From assembly GCA_019894975.1 (NCBI GenBank), contig JAGXNO010000020.1:1-62429 (forward strand): a DNA stretch of 62,429 bases. The letters run 5' to 3'. Of the stretch, positions 1 through 9,857 are shown piece by piece. Source of the DNA: Promethearchaeota archaeon (GTDB lineage Archaea; Asgardarchaeota; Lokiarchaeia; Sigyniarchaeales; SOKP01). Every line of letters begins with the position of its first letter. The stretch's first letter is position 1. Below the pieces are notes generated by a model, which worked only from the letters and a program-made list of their open reading frames with translations, was not told where the DNA came from and ran no database searches. Made by a program: the position numbers and the translations under genes.

Positions 1-78
1 GAGTAGATTTTATGGTCTCATTTAATACGTCTCTTTAACCCCGAATAGATATAAAGAATCGGAAAATTGACCAAACCT

Positions 79-444
79 TTACATACTAATAAAAATACTC
101 GCGAATATCTTCCCGACTTTAGTCAATCCTATTTTAATAAATTCCTTTTTCGAAATTTCTCCCTTTTTACACCGCTTCCACGAGTTCTTTAGAATTTTCC
201 AATCGGAACCTAAATTCTCTTTCATATAATCCTCGACATCACTAATCTCTTCCATAAGTTTGTTAACGATTTCAGTCACATCCTCGATTCTCAGTCTAAT
301 CTCGCTGGTATCATCCTTTATTTCAGCTAACTGTGTTTCCATCTCCTCCAACTTGCCATAAAGTTTTTTGAACCTCTTTCTTTTGGGATCGTTCTCTTTG
401 AGTTTGTTAATCATTTTATTCCAGGAGTTCTTGAGATTATCCAA
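79..444 (-). CDS. Hypothetical coiled-coil protein, possibly a 5'-truncated remnant
   Basis: 121-aa ORF with a heptad-like charged helix. The frame stays open upstream to about 550 without ATG/GTG, so the start is uncertain. Confidence 0.5.
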   Translation of the reverse strand: MDNLKNSWNKMINKLKENDPKRKRFKKLYGKLEEMETQLAEIKDDTSEIRLRIEDVTEIVNKLMEEISDVEDYMKENLGSDWKILKNSWKRCKKGEISKKEFIKIGLTKVGKIFASIFISM

Positions 445-597
445 ACCATCCTTAAATTCTTTCTTTACACTCAGAAAAAACTGCCCGACCGGATTTTTCT
501 TTTTCTTTTTTGGAATTTCGACTGAATTAAAAAATGCAGTACGTTCAGCTCAGAAAAAACCTCAGCTTGTTGGGCGCTCTAGTATACCTCTGTGATA

Positions 598-857
598 CTA
601 TGACACAATAAAATCGATCTGTTCTACACCTTGAATATTATTAGCGTAAAATTCTATTATATCGTACACAATATACCATTCTTGTTCAAAAAAAACCTGC
701 CGTAATTTACTTACTCTTCTTGATAGGTTAATACTTACTGCATCTATTGGTTCTTTAAACAAATCAATCCACAATCTTATGAAAATTCTTTGGAACTCCT
801 TACGCTTACTGTAATATTGAGCATATCAATGATAAAAGAATTTTTAATTTCGCTCAT
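598..857 (-). pseudogene. Remnant of an AbiJ-NTD4-like domain protein
   Basis: Not in the ORF track. Minus strand 825->598 reads YAQYYSKRKEFQRIFIRLWIDLFKEPIDAVSINLSRRVSKLRQVFFEQEWYIVYDIIEFYANN..., resembling the LWxxFFKxPID...FFxxEWYxVYDxIEF pattern recalled for AbiJ N-terminal domains. It is bounded by stops and lacks the C-terminal part. Confidence 0.5.
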
Positions 858-1060
858 TGTGCTAGAATCACGTTTATAAATTATTAATTAATAGGAGTTG
901 AACAGTAATAATTAAGATTTTCCTATTTAACATATATATGGCGTCCTATCTTCTTTTTTAAAATTTAAATTATTTTTCCCAATATTTATGCAATAATATT
1001 TTAAATATCGATTTCTATTATTCTAATTACACTATATAAAAAATAATTCTACTTAAAGAG

Positions 1061-2548
1061 ATGATGAAACATATGACAAGTAATTTAGAAAATGATTTAT
1101 CGAAAATTCTCAAAAAAGAACGATTTCAAGGTACAATGATAAAATACATATCTAAGGTGGGGAGATTCTTACTTTTTGTGCTTCCAGTTCTACTAGTCGT
1201 AGTAACAATATTCACGTTATTTATTCCACTTAGCTTTACATTGAATGTAATTTTCTATGCAATTTTAGCTATTTACTTATTCAATTCAATTATGTTATTC
1301 TTAGGTGCCAACTCTACTGAATCATCATTAAAGATGCGCCTAAAATTTGAAAGGAAAAGAGGTAGACCGATTGATAGTCTTGATGGTTTTGATTTATTAT
1401 CTAACAATGTGAAAAGAGTAACTAATTTATTGAAAATAATTGCCCTCGTTTGTTTTGTTGCTTTAGCTCTGTTTGTTATAATGCTTTTTATGGGGGATCT
1501 GAATTTAGGATTCGCAGCTGCGGGATTTTCATTGGTAGGTTTTGGTTTAGCTCTATTGATCCGAAGTTTAAACCTAAATATTCATGACGTAAATGGACTC
1601 CAAGACTTTTATAAACCAACAACTCATCAAATATTCTTAGATAACTTTTTCTCAGAAGTTTTGTCTAACCACTTAGATCCAGTAACATTTCTTAAATGGG
1701 ATGAATATCTAGCAGAGTTAAACAAAATTTTAACACCTACGTTTAAACAGAAAATCAAAGAACAAGAAGAGGATGAATTACCCATTACTTTTGCGATAGA
1801 GAAAATCCTATTTCTGTATTATTTAAAATTCCAAGAAGTATTAACTGAAGAACAATTTATTCAAGAATTAAGGGAAGTTATTGATATAGATTCAGATATT
1901 TTTAATGTTGAGAAGGGTATATTCATGGAGGGTGCTTGGTATTTCTCAACAAAAGATATCTATAAGCTTTTCAATTATATTAAAAAATTTAATCCTGGCT
2001 TTTTCAATATAATCGACCGATTACAATTAGAATTAGCAGACAATATTGAAAGAACATCGAAAGATCCAATTTATATGGACTCTTCTGCTCAAGAAGTTGT
2101 ATATCTTAATTCAGAATTAAATATTTTTTGCTTTTTGTTTAACAACTCTCCCGGGGCTAAAAAATATGCAATTAAAATCAATGCTCCTGGATTTGAGCCA
2201 GCTAAATTAAAGCTCGATATTGAAGTGGAAGGTCGCGGCGCTTTTAACATCCCAGATTCATCGATTCCATTAATCTCCTCTGAGGGGAGAGATATTGCAG
2301 GAGTCCTATCTACTATGCTTGAAAATGGGGATACAACATGGTTAACCTTAGAACCAAGAGAAATAGGAGAACAAACAGTCCAAATTTTCCTACTCTCAGA
2401 GGATGGTACAATAATAGAGGGAAAGACTAGAACTGTGAAAGTAACCAAGAATATTAAAGACTACCTTAAAAAATTAGGCTCGATCGGTTCACTACTTGGC
2501 GGACTAGCAGTCCCATTAGCAAGGATACTACCTTCAATGTTAGGTTAA
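1061..2548 (+). CDS. Hypothetical membrane protein (about 4 N-terminal TM helices, soluble helical region, C-terminal beta-rich domain)
   Basis: 495-aa ORF with hydrophobic segments in the first ~170 aa, followed by a T12 tract. Confidence 0.8.
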   Translation: MMKHMTSNLENDLSKILKKERFQGTMIKYISKVGRFLLFVLPVLLVVVTIFTLFIPLSFTLNVIFYAILAIYLFNSIMLFLGANSTESSLKMRLKFERKRGRPIDSLDGFDLLSNNVKRVTNLLKIIALVCFVALALFVIMLFMGDLNLGFAAAGFSLVGFGLALLIRSLNLNIHDVNGLQDFYKPTTHQIFLDNFFSEVLSNHLDPVTFLKWDEYLAELNKILTPTFKQKIKEQEEDELPITFAIEKILFLYYLKFQEVLTEEQFIQELREVIDIDSDIFNVEKGIFMEGAWYFSTKDIYKLFNYIKKFNPGFFNIIDRLQLELADNIERTSKDPIYMDSSAQEVVYLNSELNIFCFLFNNSPGAKKYAIKINAPGFEPAKLKLDIEVEGRGAFNIPDSSIPLISSEGRDIAGVLSTMLENGDTTWLTLEPREIGEQTVQIFLLSEDGTIIEGKTRTVKVTKNIKDYLKKLGSIGSLLGGLAVPLARILPSMLG

Positions 2549-2556
2549 ATTTATTC

Positions 2557-2568
2557 TTTTTTTTTTTT
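2557..2568 (+). terminator. Oligo-T archaeal intrinsic terminator
   Basis: T12 run 8 nt after the stop codon of 1061..2548. Confidence 0.55.
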
Positions 2569-2724
2569 AAGTAAAACTCAACCTCGGAAATTGTTTCAGC
2601 TTTAATATGACCTTTCACAAATATATAATCTTACCCACTATAATATCCCTTTTTTAAAATCTTTAGCAAAACTATTTCAAATCTTAATAATTTTAAAATA
2701 CATCATTACACTGAAGGTTTTTAT

Positions 2725-4164
2725 TTGAACTCAACGATAGTCTTAAGGGAATTAAAGGGGAAGCGTTTATTAGGATACGCACTGGGAAATTTTGGGATGA
2801 CGCTATTAAATGTCTTTACCGGATCTTTTACGTTTCAATTCTATGTCTTTACAGTTAATTTAGATACTGTTTTTGCTTCAATTGGGCTCTCATTTAATAT
2901 TTTTGTTTCAGCATTCTTCTCAGTTGTTTTTGGGGTCATCATGGACAATAAAAAGCCAGGAAAATTAGGTAAACGACGTCCATTTTTACTTTATGGATTA
3001 CCCTTCTGGATTATCTCTAGTATTATTATTTGGTTTCCTCCATGGTATTCTCCAGCAAATAACTCCTTGTATCTTCCTACAGCAATTTATTTCTGGGTGG
3101 TAACTATAATAAGGGCTCTTAGTGGGACATTAATTCTTAATACATATCTTTCAATGTTGCCAGAACAATCTCAAACTCTAAAAAACAGACATTCAGTCGC
3201 TTCTCTCAGAGCTTTTTTTATGATAGTTGCTTCTGTTATATCCCTTTTATTACCATTATTAGTTCAAAGTTTTCTTCCTCACCCGAAAGAAGTAAAATGG
3301 TATGAACCTTCTGGAAAAATTATCTTATTTGCTATACCTTTGATAGGGATTATTTTCACATGTGTTGGCTTAGTTGCTGTACTAACTATATTTTATTCGG
3401 TAGATGAAAGCTTTCACTTGAATAATTCGAATTATACTAAAAAAAAAGTGACTATTAGAGATACAATTAAGCAAATGGCTCAACCCGCTCGGGATAATAA
3501 ATATAGAAATTTAGCATTCGTTGGTTTTTTTATTGGTATATCGGGAAACATTTTCGGTTATTTATTACTCCCATTTCAAATCTATTTACTCGAATTCGAG
3601 CAATCTGAATTCTTAATTTATGTGATAATCTCAATATCTGGAAAATTAGGGTGGTATGTAATTTGGAGAATGGTTATTAAGAAGAAATCTTTAACGAGTT
3701 CCTATTCTTTGTCACTCATATTTGCTGCTACAGTGGCTTTTACAGATATTTTGTTTTTACTAAGCAATATGCCTTATCCACTAAAAATAGTGTTATACGT
3801 CGTTTCCTTTGGTACAATTTTAGGAACAAGTTACTCAGGACCATTATTTGGGATTCCACTAGGCGCAACTTTAATACAAGAAGCGGCAGTGAAAATAGAT
3901 GCTTCTAATGTCGACGAGACTATCTCTAATATTTCAGGATCATATAGTGGTTTTTCTATGTTTATAGGATCGCTTGGTGGTGCAATTTCCTCAATAGTTA
4001 TTGGTTTGCTTCTCACAGGTAATAATAAAAGTGATCCCATAGTAATAACATTATTATTTGCTTCACAAGGCTTTTTTTACCTAATTGCGATATTATTTTT
4101 GAGAAAAATAAAATTAGACAAGCCAATCCCTATTGATAAAACTCTAAATTTGGATAAATTGTAA
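2725..4164 (+). CDS. MFS transporter, GPH/MelB-like family
   Basis: About 12 TM segments; GYALGNFG near the N-terminus and D...GKLGKRRPFLL loop motif. Confidence 0.9.
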   Translation: MNSTIVLRELKGKRLLGYALGNFGMTLLNVFTGSFTFQFYVFTVNLDTVFASIGLSFNIFVSAFFSVVFGVIMDNKKPGKLGKRRPFLLYGLPFWIISSIIIWFPPWYSPANNSLYLPTAIYFWVVTIIRALSGTLILNTYLSMLPEQSQTLKNRHSVASLRAFFMIVASVISLLLPLLVQSFLPHPKEVKWYEPSGKIILFAIPLIGIIFTCVGLVAVLTIFYSVDESFHLNNSNYTKKKVTIRDTIKQMAQPARDNKYRNLAFVGFFIGISGNIFGYLLLPFQIYLLEFEQSEFLIYVIISISGKLGWYVIWRMVIKKKSLTSSYSLSLIFAATVAFTDILFLLSNMPYPLKIVLYVVSFGTILGTSYSGPLFGIPLGATLIQEAAVKIDASNVDETISNISGSYSGFSMFIGSLGGAISSIVIGLLLTGNNKSDPIVITLLFASQGFFYLIAILFLRKIKLDKPIPIDKTLNLDKL

Positions 4165-4416
4165 TTTACTAAGATCCTTTATCTAAATCTTTCAAAAAAA
4201 ACTGTAGGGTTAAGTGATTCCTTCCACTAAACTTATCAAAATTTTAGTGAATAAGTTTAAATATAATTAGTCGACTATTTATGTGGTTTAGCCCTTTTGT
4301 TGATTTTGATCAAAATTGAGAAAAATTTGCGTGTTTAAGAATATTTTAAATCTGTTTATTAATAAAATAGTGAATTGTGACTAAAGCTGTTAGAATCAGA
4401 ACTGTACGAATCTGAA

Positions 4417-6099
4417 GTGATCTTCAAGGAACTTATTGAAAATATAAGTAGTGGTGTAGCCATTTATGAGACACCAGATGGAGGGAAGTCCTTTATAATT
4501 AGACAAATGAATAAAGCAGGATCACGTATATGTGAAGTCACACGGGAGGAGATCATAGGAAAAAATTTATCCGACCTATTCCCAAATGTAGAAGATTTTG
4601 GTTTTTTCAGTGCATTGCGAAGAGTTTGGGAATCTGGTAAGCCGGAGCATTCTCCAACCGCTTTTTATCAGGATGATAGAGTTGATGGTTGGACAGAATT
4701 ATACATTTATAAATTATCTTCTGGAAAAGTGGCTGCAATATTTGATAAGCAATCCGAGCTCATTACAGCTGAAGAAAATTACAAAAAGAAAGTAGAATTT
4801 GAGAAAACTGTATCAACAATTTCTTCCCGATTTGTTAATCCTGTTAATATTGATAAAGCTTTAAAAATATCACTTGAAGAAATAGGACATTTAAGTCAGG
4901 CCAGTCGAAGTTATTTATTCCTATTTAATGATGATAGTAAAACAATGAGTAATACTCACGAATGGTGTACCGAGGACGTTTCCTCGCAAATTGGAGAACT
5001 TCAAAATTTACCAATGGAGACATTCCCATGGTCAATACAAAAGATAAAAAATGGAGAAATTATTAACGTCGATAACACAAATCGTTTACCCCCAGAGGCA
5101 TCTGCTGAAAAAGAAGAATTTTTAAGAGAGAATATAAAATCTTTGATTCTTTTACCTTTAAAAATAGGAGAAAAAATCTCAGGATTTATTGGTCTTGATA
5201 ATGTAAAAGCAGCACAAAAGTGGGGCGAACATGACTTAAACCTTCTTAAAATTGCTTCCGAAATCATAGGAAATGCGATAAGACGTAATGAAACTGAAAA
5301 AGAGCTAGAGGAATTAAATAAAGAATTGAAAAGCAGATTCATTGATAGAACTAAAAAATTAGAAGAGTCAGAAGAAAAATATCGAAAAGCCTATAATCAA
5401 GCTAATCTTTATAGGGATATTTTTGCTCACGATATAAACAACATGCTTCAGAATATTCAATCCTCTGCGGAACTTAGTTCTCTTTATATGAATAACCCCG
5501 AAAAGCTGCATACTTTAAAAGAATTGTATGAGATTATAACGGAGCAAATTGAGAGAGGCAAGAAATTAATTAATAATGTTAGAAAAATTACTAAAATTGA
5601 CGAGTCAGAAGTTAATTTAGAAAAGACAGAAGTTTCTCAATTGCTAAATACAGCAGTTAAATATCTCACAAACAGCTTTCAAGCCAGGAATATTGAAATT
5701 CGTATTGATCCATCAAATAATAAATTCTATGTAATGGGGAATGATCTCTTATTAGATGTATTTGAAAATATATTAATAAACGCCGTAAGACATAATAATA
5801 AATCTACTATAAAAATTAGCGTAGATATTAGTAAAGATCACTTAAACACAAAGGATTATATTAAAATGGAATTTAAAGATAACGCGATAGGAATTTCAGA
5901 TTATCGTAAAAAAAGTATATTTGAGAAAGGAAAGCGTAAGAGTGATAAGAGTAAGGGCATGGGGCTTGGTTTGTCTCTTGTTAAAAAGATAATAGAAAGC
6001 TACAACGGGGAAATCTGGGTCGAAGATAGAGTCAAGGGGGATCACGAACAAGGAAGTAATTTTGTTGTTTTACTTCAAGAGGTTAAGCAACCTTTCTAA
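4417..6099 (+). CDS. PAS-GAF sensor histidine kinase (true start may be slightly upstream)
   Basis: PAS, GAF (MSNTHEWC...GFIGLD), H-box FAHDINN, N-box ENILINAVRH, G boxes DNAIGI/GMGLGLSLV. Confidence 0.93.
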   Translation: MIFKELIENISSGVAIYETPDGGKSFIIRQMNKAGSRICEVTREEIIGKNLSDLFPNVEDFGFFSALRRVWESGKPEHSPTAFYQDDRVDGWTELYIYKLSSGKVAAIFDKQSELITAEENYKKKVEFEKTVSTISSRFVNPVNIDKALKISLEEIGHLSQASRSYLFLFNDDSKTMSNTHEWCTEDVSSQIGELQNLPMETFPWSIQKIKNGEIINVDNTNRLPPEASAEKEEFLRENIKSLILLPLKIGEKISGFIGLDNVKAAQKWGEHDLNLLKIASEIIGNAIRRNETEKELEELNKELKSRFIDRTKKLEESEEKYRKAYNQANLYRDIFAHDINNMLQNIQSSAELSSLYMNNPEKLHTLKELYEIITEQIERGKKLINNVRKITKIDESEVNLEKTEVSQLLNTAVKYLTNSFQARNIEIRIDPSNNKFYVMGNDLLLDVFENILINAVRHNNKSTIKISVDISKDHLNTKDYIKMEFKDNAIGISDYRKKSIFEKGKRKSDKSKGMGLGLSLVKKIIESYNGEIWVEDRVKGDHEQGSNFVVLLQEVKQPF

Positions 6100-6219
6100 G
6101 AATCTGATTTAATTTAAACGGGAATAAATCTCCCGATTATTTTTTTTTTAATCACTCGTTCTATTTTCATTTAAAATATTAGTACAAAATTTAAAAATAA
6201 TAGAGATAAACATGAAATT

Positions 6220-7743
6220 ATGGAAACTTATGACTTAGTTGTTATAGGAAGTGGTGCGGGTTTAAATGTCTTAAACGTAGGTCTTCAAGTAGGAATGAAG
6301 TGTGCACTTATTGAAGATACTAAATTAGGTGCTACTTGTTTAACAAGGGGATGTATTCCTTCAAAAGTATTAGTACATCCTGCTGATCTAATTCGAGAAG
6401 CTCAACATGCCCAAAAAGTTGGAATCCAATTTAATGTTGAGAAAATTGACTGGGAATTAATTTCAAAAAGGATGTGGTCACAGATTGATGAAAGTAAACA
6501 AATTGAAGAAGGGTTATCTCAAGTACCGAATCTTACTTTATACCGAGGTATTGGAGAGTTTATTGGGGAGTATGAGATGCAGGTAAAATCTAGTGAGGGA
6601 AAAAATATATTGGGATCGTTTAAAGGGGAGAAATTTGTCATAGCCTCAGGGGCACGCTCTTTTATCCCTCCAATTGAAGGATTAGAAGAAGTTGGTTATG
6701 TAACTAATAGAAGCTTCTTTGGAGATAAATTTCCAAAACAACCTTGGAAAAGTTTGATAATTATTGGAGGTGGAGTTATAGCTGCTGAGTTTGCTCACAT
6801 ATTTTCTGCAATGGGGACTGAAGTCACCATACTAGAAATGCTTCCACGCTTAGTTACAACAGAAGAACCAGAAATAAGCCAGTTTGTTGAACAAAATTTT
6901 AAGAAGTATATGAAAGTGTATGTCAATCATAAGGCGATCAAGGCAAAAGGAAATAAGAAAATGAAAACAATTATTGCCCAAAATATGAATACTGGTAAAG
7001 AAATTGAAGTATCAGCAGAAGAGATATTAATTGCTACTGGTCGTCGTTCAAATGCAGATATATTGAAAGTTGAAAAGACAGGTGTTGAAACTGATGAAAA
7101 AGGGTGGATAAAAACCAATCACTATTTGGAAACAAATAAAAAGAACATTTGGTGTATAGGAGACGCTAATGGACTTTATCAATTTCGACATAAAGCTAAT
7201 TATGAGGCAGAAATCTGCGTTAATAATATATTTGGGCCAGAAGAACAAAAAAAATCTGTTGATTACTCATCAGTTCCATGGGCAATCTTTACCTATCCTC
7301 AAGTAGGTCATGTAGGAATAACTCAACAAGAAGCAATTGATAAAGGATATGAAATATACGTTGCCATGAAAAATTATTCCACTGTTGCGAAAGGATTTGC
7401 AATGGGTTTTGAAAACGATGATGAGGATAATGGTTTTTTTAAGTTAATCGTTGATAAATCCTATAAAATATTGGGCGCTCATGTCGTTGGCCCCCATGCA
7501 GCCATTTTAGTTCAACCATTTGTGTATCTAATGAATTCTGGATTTACTTGCTCATTACCAGAAACTCATGGTGGTGTTGACATTCCCAAACTAGAACATG
7601 CATGCCCAGAAGCAGGTTCCTTTATGCCTATATACAATTCAATGGTTATTCATCCTTCTCTGAATGAGGTTACTGGATGGGCAATTGGTAATTTAAAACC
7701 AATTAATATTAAAATGGAACCGCATGAGCATCATCATGATTAA
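6220..7743 (+). CDS. Flavoprotein disulfide reductase (dihydrolipoamide dehydrogenase/mycothione reductase-like)
   Basis: GSGAG FAD motif, redox CLTRGC-IPSK, GGGVIAAE NAD motif, C-terminal HPSLNE. Confidence 0.9.
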   Translation: METYDLVVIGSGAGLNVLNVGLQVGMKCALIEDTKLGATCLTRGCIPSKVLVHPADLIREAQHAQKVGIQFNVEKIDWELISKRMWSQIDESKQIEEGLSQVPNLTLYRGIGEFIGEYEMQVKSSEGKNILGSFKGEKFVIASGARSFIPPIEGLEEVGYVTNRSFFGDKFPKQPWKSLIIIGGGVIAAEFAHIFSAMGTEVTILEMLPRLVTTEEPEISQFVEQNFKKYMKVYVNHKAIKAKGNKKMKTIIAQNMNTGKEIEVSAEEILIATGRRSNADILKVEKTGVETDEKGWIKTNHYLETNKKNIWCIGDANGLYQFRHKANYEAEICVNNIFGPEEQKKSVDYSSVPWAIFTYPQVGHVGITQQEAIDKGYEIYVAMKNYSTVAKGFAMGFENDDEDNGFFKLIVDKSYKILGAHVVGPHAAILVQPFVYLMNSGFTCSLPETHGGVDIPKLEHACPEAGSFMPIYNSMVIHPSLNEVTGWAIGNLKPINIKMEPHEHHHD

Positions 7744-7890
7744 GCCATATAAATAGAGAAGCGAGGCTAATTTTTCATTATTTTTTAAATCCTTTTTTAA
7801 ATTTTTGCTAAAAGTCAATTTTAAATATAAAAACCCTATCTTGAAATCAACTAGATTAACTTATTTGTAAAAAAACAAGAAGGTGTAAAG

Positions 7891-9768
7891 ATGGGTTCTG
7901 AAGCAAGAACGAAGATTACACACAATAACACATTAGAAACTTCTCAAAAAAATCTCCAAAATCTCTTTAATTCAATGGAGGATTTTGTTTTTGTGTTAGA
8001 CTTTGAATCAAGAATAATTTCTGTCAATTCTATTGTATTAAAGAGGTTAAAATATTCTAAAGAGGAGTTGATTGGAAATTCGGCTTTAGTGGTTCATCCT
8101 CCTGATCAACGTGAAGCAGCAGCTGCTATTTTGGGAGAAATGGTGAATGGAGATCGTGATATATGTCCAATTCCTTTATTTACTAAAGACGGAGTTCTTA
8201 TCCCGGTAGAAACAAAAGTTACAAAAGGGACATGGGGAAATATAGATGCTCTATTTGGCATCAGTAGAGATATTACTGATCGTCAAAAATATGAAGATCT
8301 TCTTAAAATTTCTGAAGAAAAGTATCGAGAATTATATGAAAATGCCCCTACCGCATTTTTTTCAGTCGGAACTGATAAAAAAGTTAAAAGATGTAATAAT
8401 GCCGCCTTAAATCTTTTAGGGTATACCAAAGAAGAATTATTGAAATTGGAAATTTTTGATTTATATGCTGATACTGATAATGGAATAAAAAAAGCAGAAG
8501 AAATTTTCCAACAATTCTTGAAAGATAAAAAGATACAAGATGAAGAACTTCAAATGAAACGGAAAAATGGAGACATTATTTGGGTCAGTCTTACTGTTAA
8601 TCCAGTTATCAGTGATTCAGGAGAGATAATAGAATCTAGATCAATAATTATAGATATCAGCGAACGCAAAAAAGCTGAACAAAAGTTAAAAGAATCAGAA
8701 GAAAAATATCGTTTCTTAATAAATAATATTTTAGATGAGGTACTTGAAATAGAATTGGACGGGAATATTACTTATGTGAGTCCTCAAGTGTTTGATCTTC
8801 TGGGTTTTACTCAAGACGAGGTAATAGGAACGAATGCAATGTCATATGCTCATCCAGACGATCTAACTTCTGTAGCAGAAGCAATAAAAAGAACAGTAAG
8901 TTCCAATGAAAAAGTTTCAGTAGTGTTTAGATTGCGTCATAAGAATGGACATTACGTATACGTTTCTACTGGAGGTAATTATGTTACTGTAGATGGTAAG
9001 GGAAAAGTCATAGGCGTACTAAGAGATATCACAGAAAGGAAAAAGGTAGAAACAGCATTAAAGCTTCAACGCGACCAAGCTAACTTATATAAAGATATTT
9101 TTGCTCACGATATCAATAATATACTTCAAAATATACAATCTTCATTAGAATTATGCACACTTTATCTAAAAAATCCAGAAAAATCAGTTACAGTCAAGGA
9201 ATTATATGGAATCGTTAAAGAACAAGTATCACGAGGCTCTAAATTAATATCTAATGTGCGTAAATTATCTACACTTCAAGGATCAAATTTTAGATTAAAT
9301 TCCATTAAAGTTAACAATTTCTTAAAACAATCAATAAAATTTCTGCGTCAGAGTTTTCAAACTAGAAAAATCGATATCCAATGTAATTATGATAAAAAGG
9401 ATTACTTTGTCATTGCTAATGAACTGTTATTAGATGTTTTTGAAAATATTTTGTTAAACGCAGTAAGACATAATAGCAACATAAATGTTGTAATAGAAAT
9501 TCAGATTTCGCAAGAAATGGTTGAAAGCAAGAAGCTTCTCAAAATGCAATTTATAGATAACGGTGACGGAATTGAAGATATTAGGAAAGAGCATATTTTT
9601 CAAAGAGGATCAAAAGAAAAGTCATCCAATGGTGGTATGGGTCTTGGATTATCATTAGTGAAAAAAACTATTGATCGTTACAATGGAAAAATATGGGTTG
9701 AAGATAAAGTAAAAGGAGATTGCTCAAAAGGAAGCAATTTTATAATTCTGATCCCCACCATAAATTAA
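7891..9768 (+). CDS. Triple-PAS sensor histidine kinase
   Basis: Three PAS/PAC repeats ending RDITD/DISE/RDITE; FAHDINN H-box; kinase core closely paralogous to 4417..6099. Confidence 0.93.
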   Translation: MGSEARTKITHNNTLETSQKNLQNLFNSMEDFVFVLDFESRIISVNSIVLKRLKYSKEELIGNSALVVHPPDQREAAAAILGEMVNGDRDICPIPLFTKDGVLIPVETKVTKGTWGNIDALFGISRDITDRQKYEDLLKISEEKYRELYENAPTAFFSVGTDKKVKRCNNAALNLLGYTKEELLKLEIFDLYADTDNGIKKAEEIFQQFLKDKKIQDEELQMKRKNGDIIWVSLTVNPVISDSGEIIESRSIIIDISERKKAEQKLKESEEKYRFLINNILDEVLEIELDGNITYVSPQVFDLLGFTQDEVIGTNAMSYAHPDDLTSVAEAIKRTVSSNEKVSVVFRLRHKNGHYVYVSTGGNYVTVDGKGKVIGVLRDITERKKVETALKLQRDQANLYKDIFAHDINNILQNIQSSLELCTLYLKNPEKSVTVKELYGIVKEQVSRGSKLISNVRKLSTLQGSNFRLNSIKVNNFLKQSIKFLRQSFQTRKIDIQCNYDKKDYFVIANELLLDVFENILLNAVRHNSNINVVIEIQISQEMVESKKLLKMQFIDNGDGIEDIRKEHIFQRGSKEKSSNGGMGLGLSLVKKTIDRYNGKIWVEDKVKGDCSKGSNFIILIPTIN

Positions 9769-9857
9769 TCTAATTTTTAATATCTTCTAATGAAAGTTTT
9801 CTTAGAGTTACAAATAACCATCAATTTTATAGATTTTTAAATCAATATTAAGATTAG

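Noticed and set aside
7531-7630. In-frame BHB intron as the source of the disulfide-reductase insert
   Set aside because: Only a weak 7-bp pairing was found, without two 3-nt bulges around a 4-bp helix; it is treated as protein sequence.
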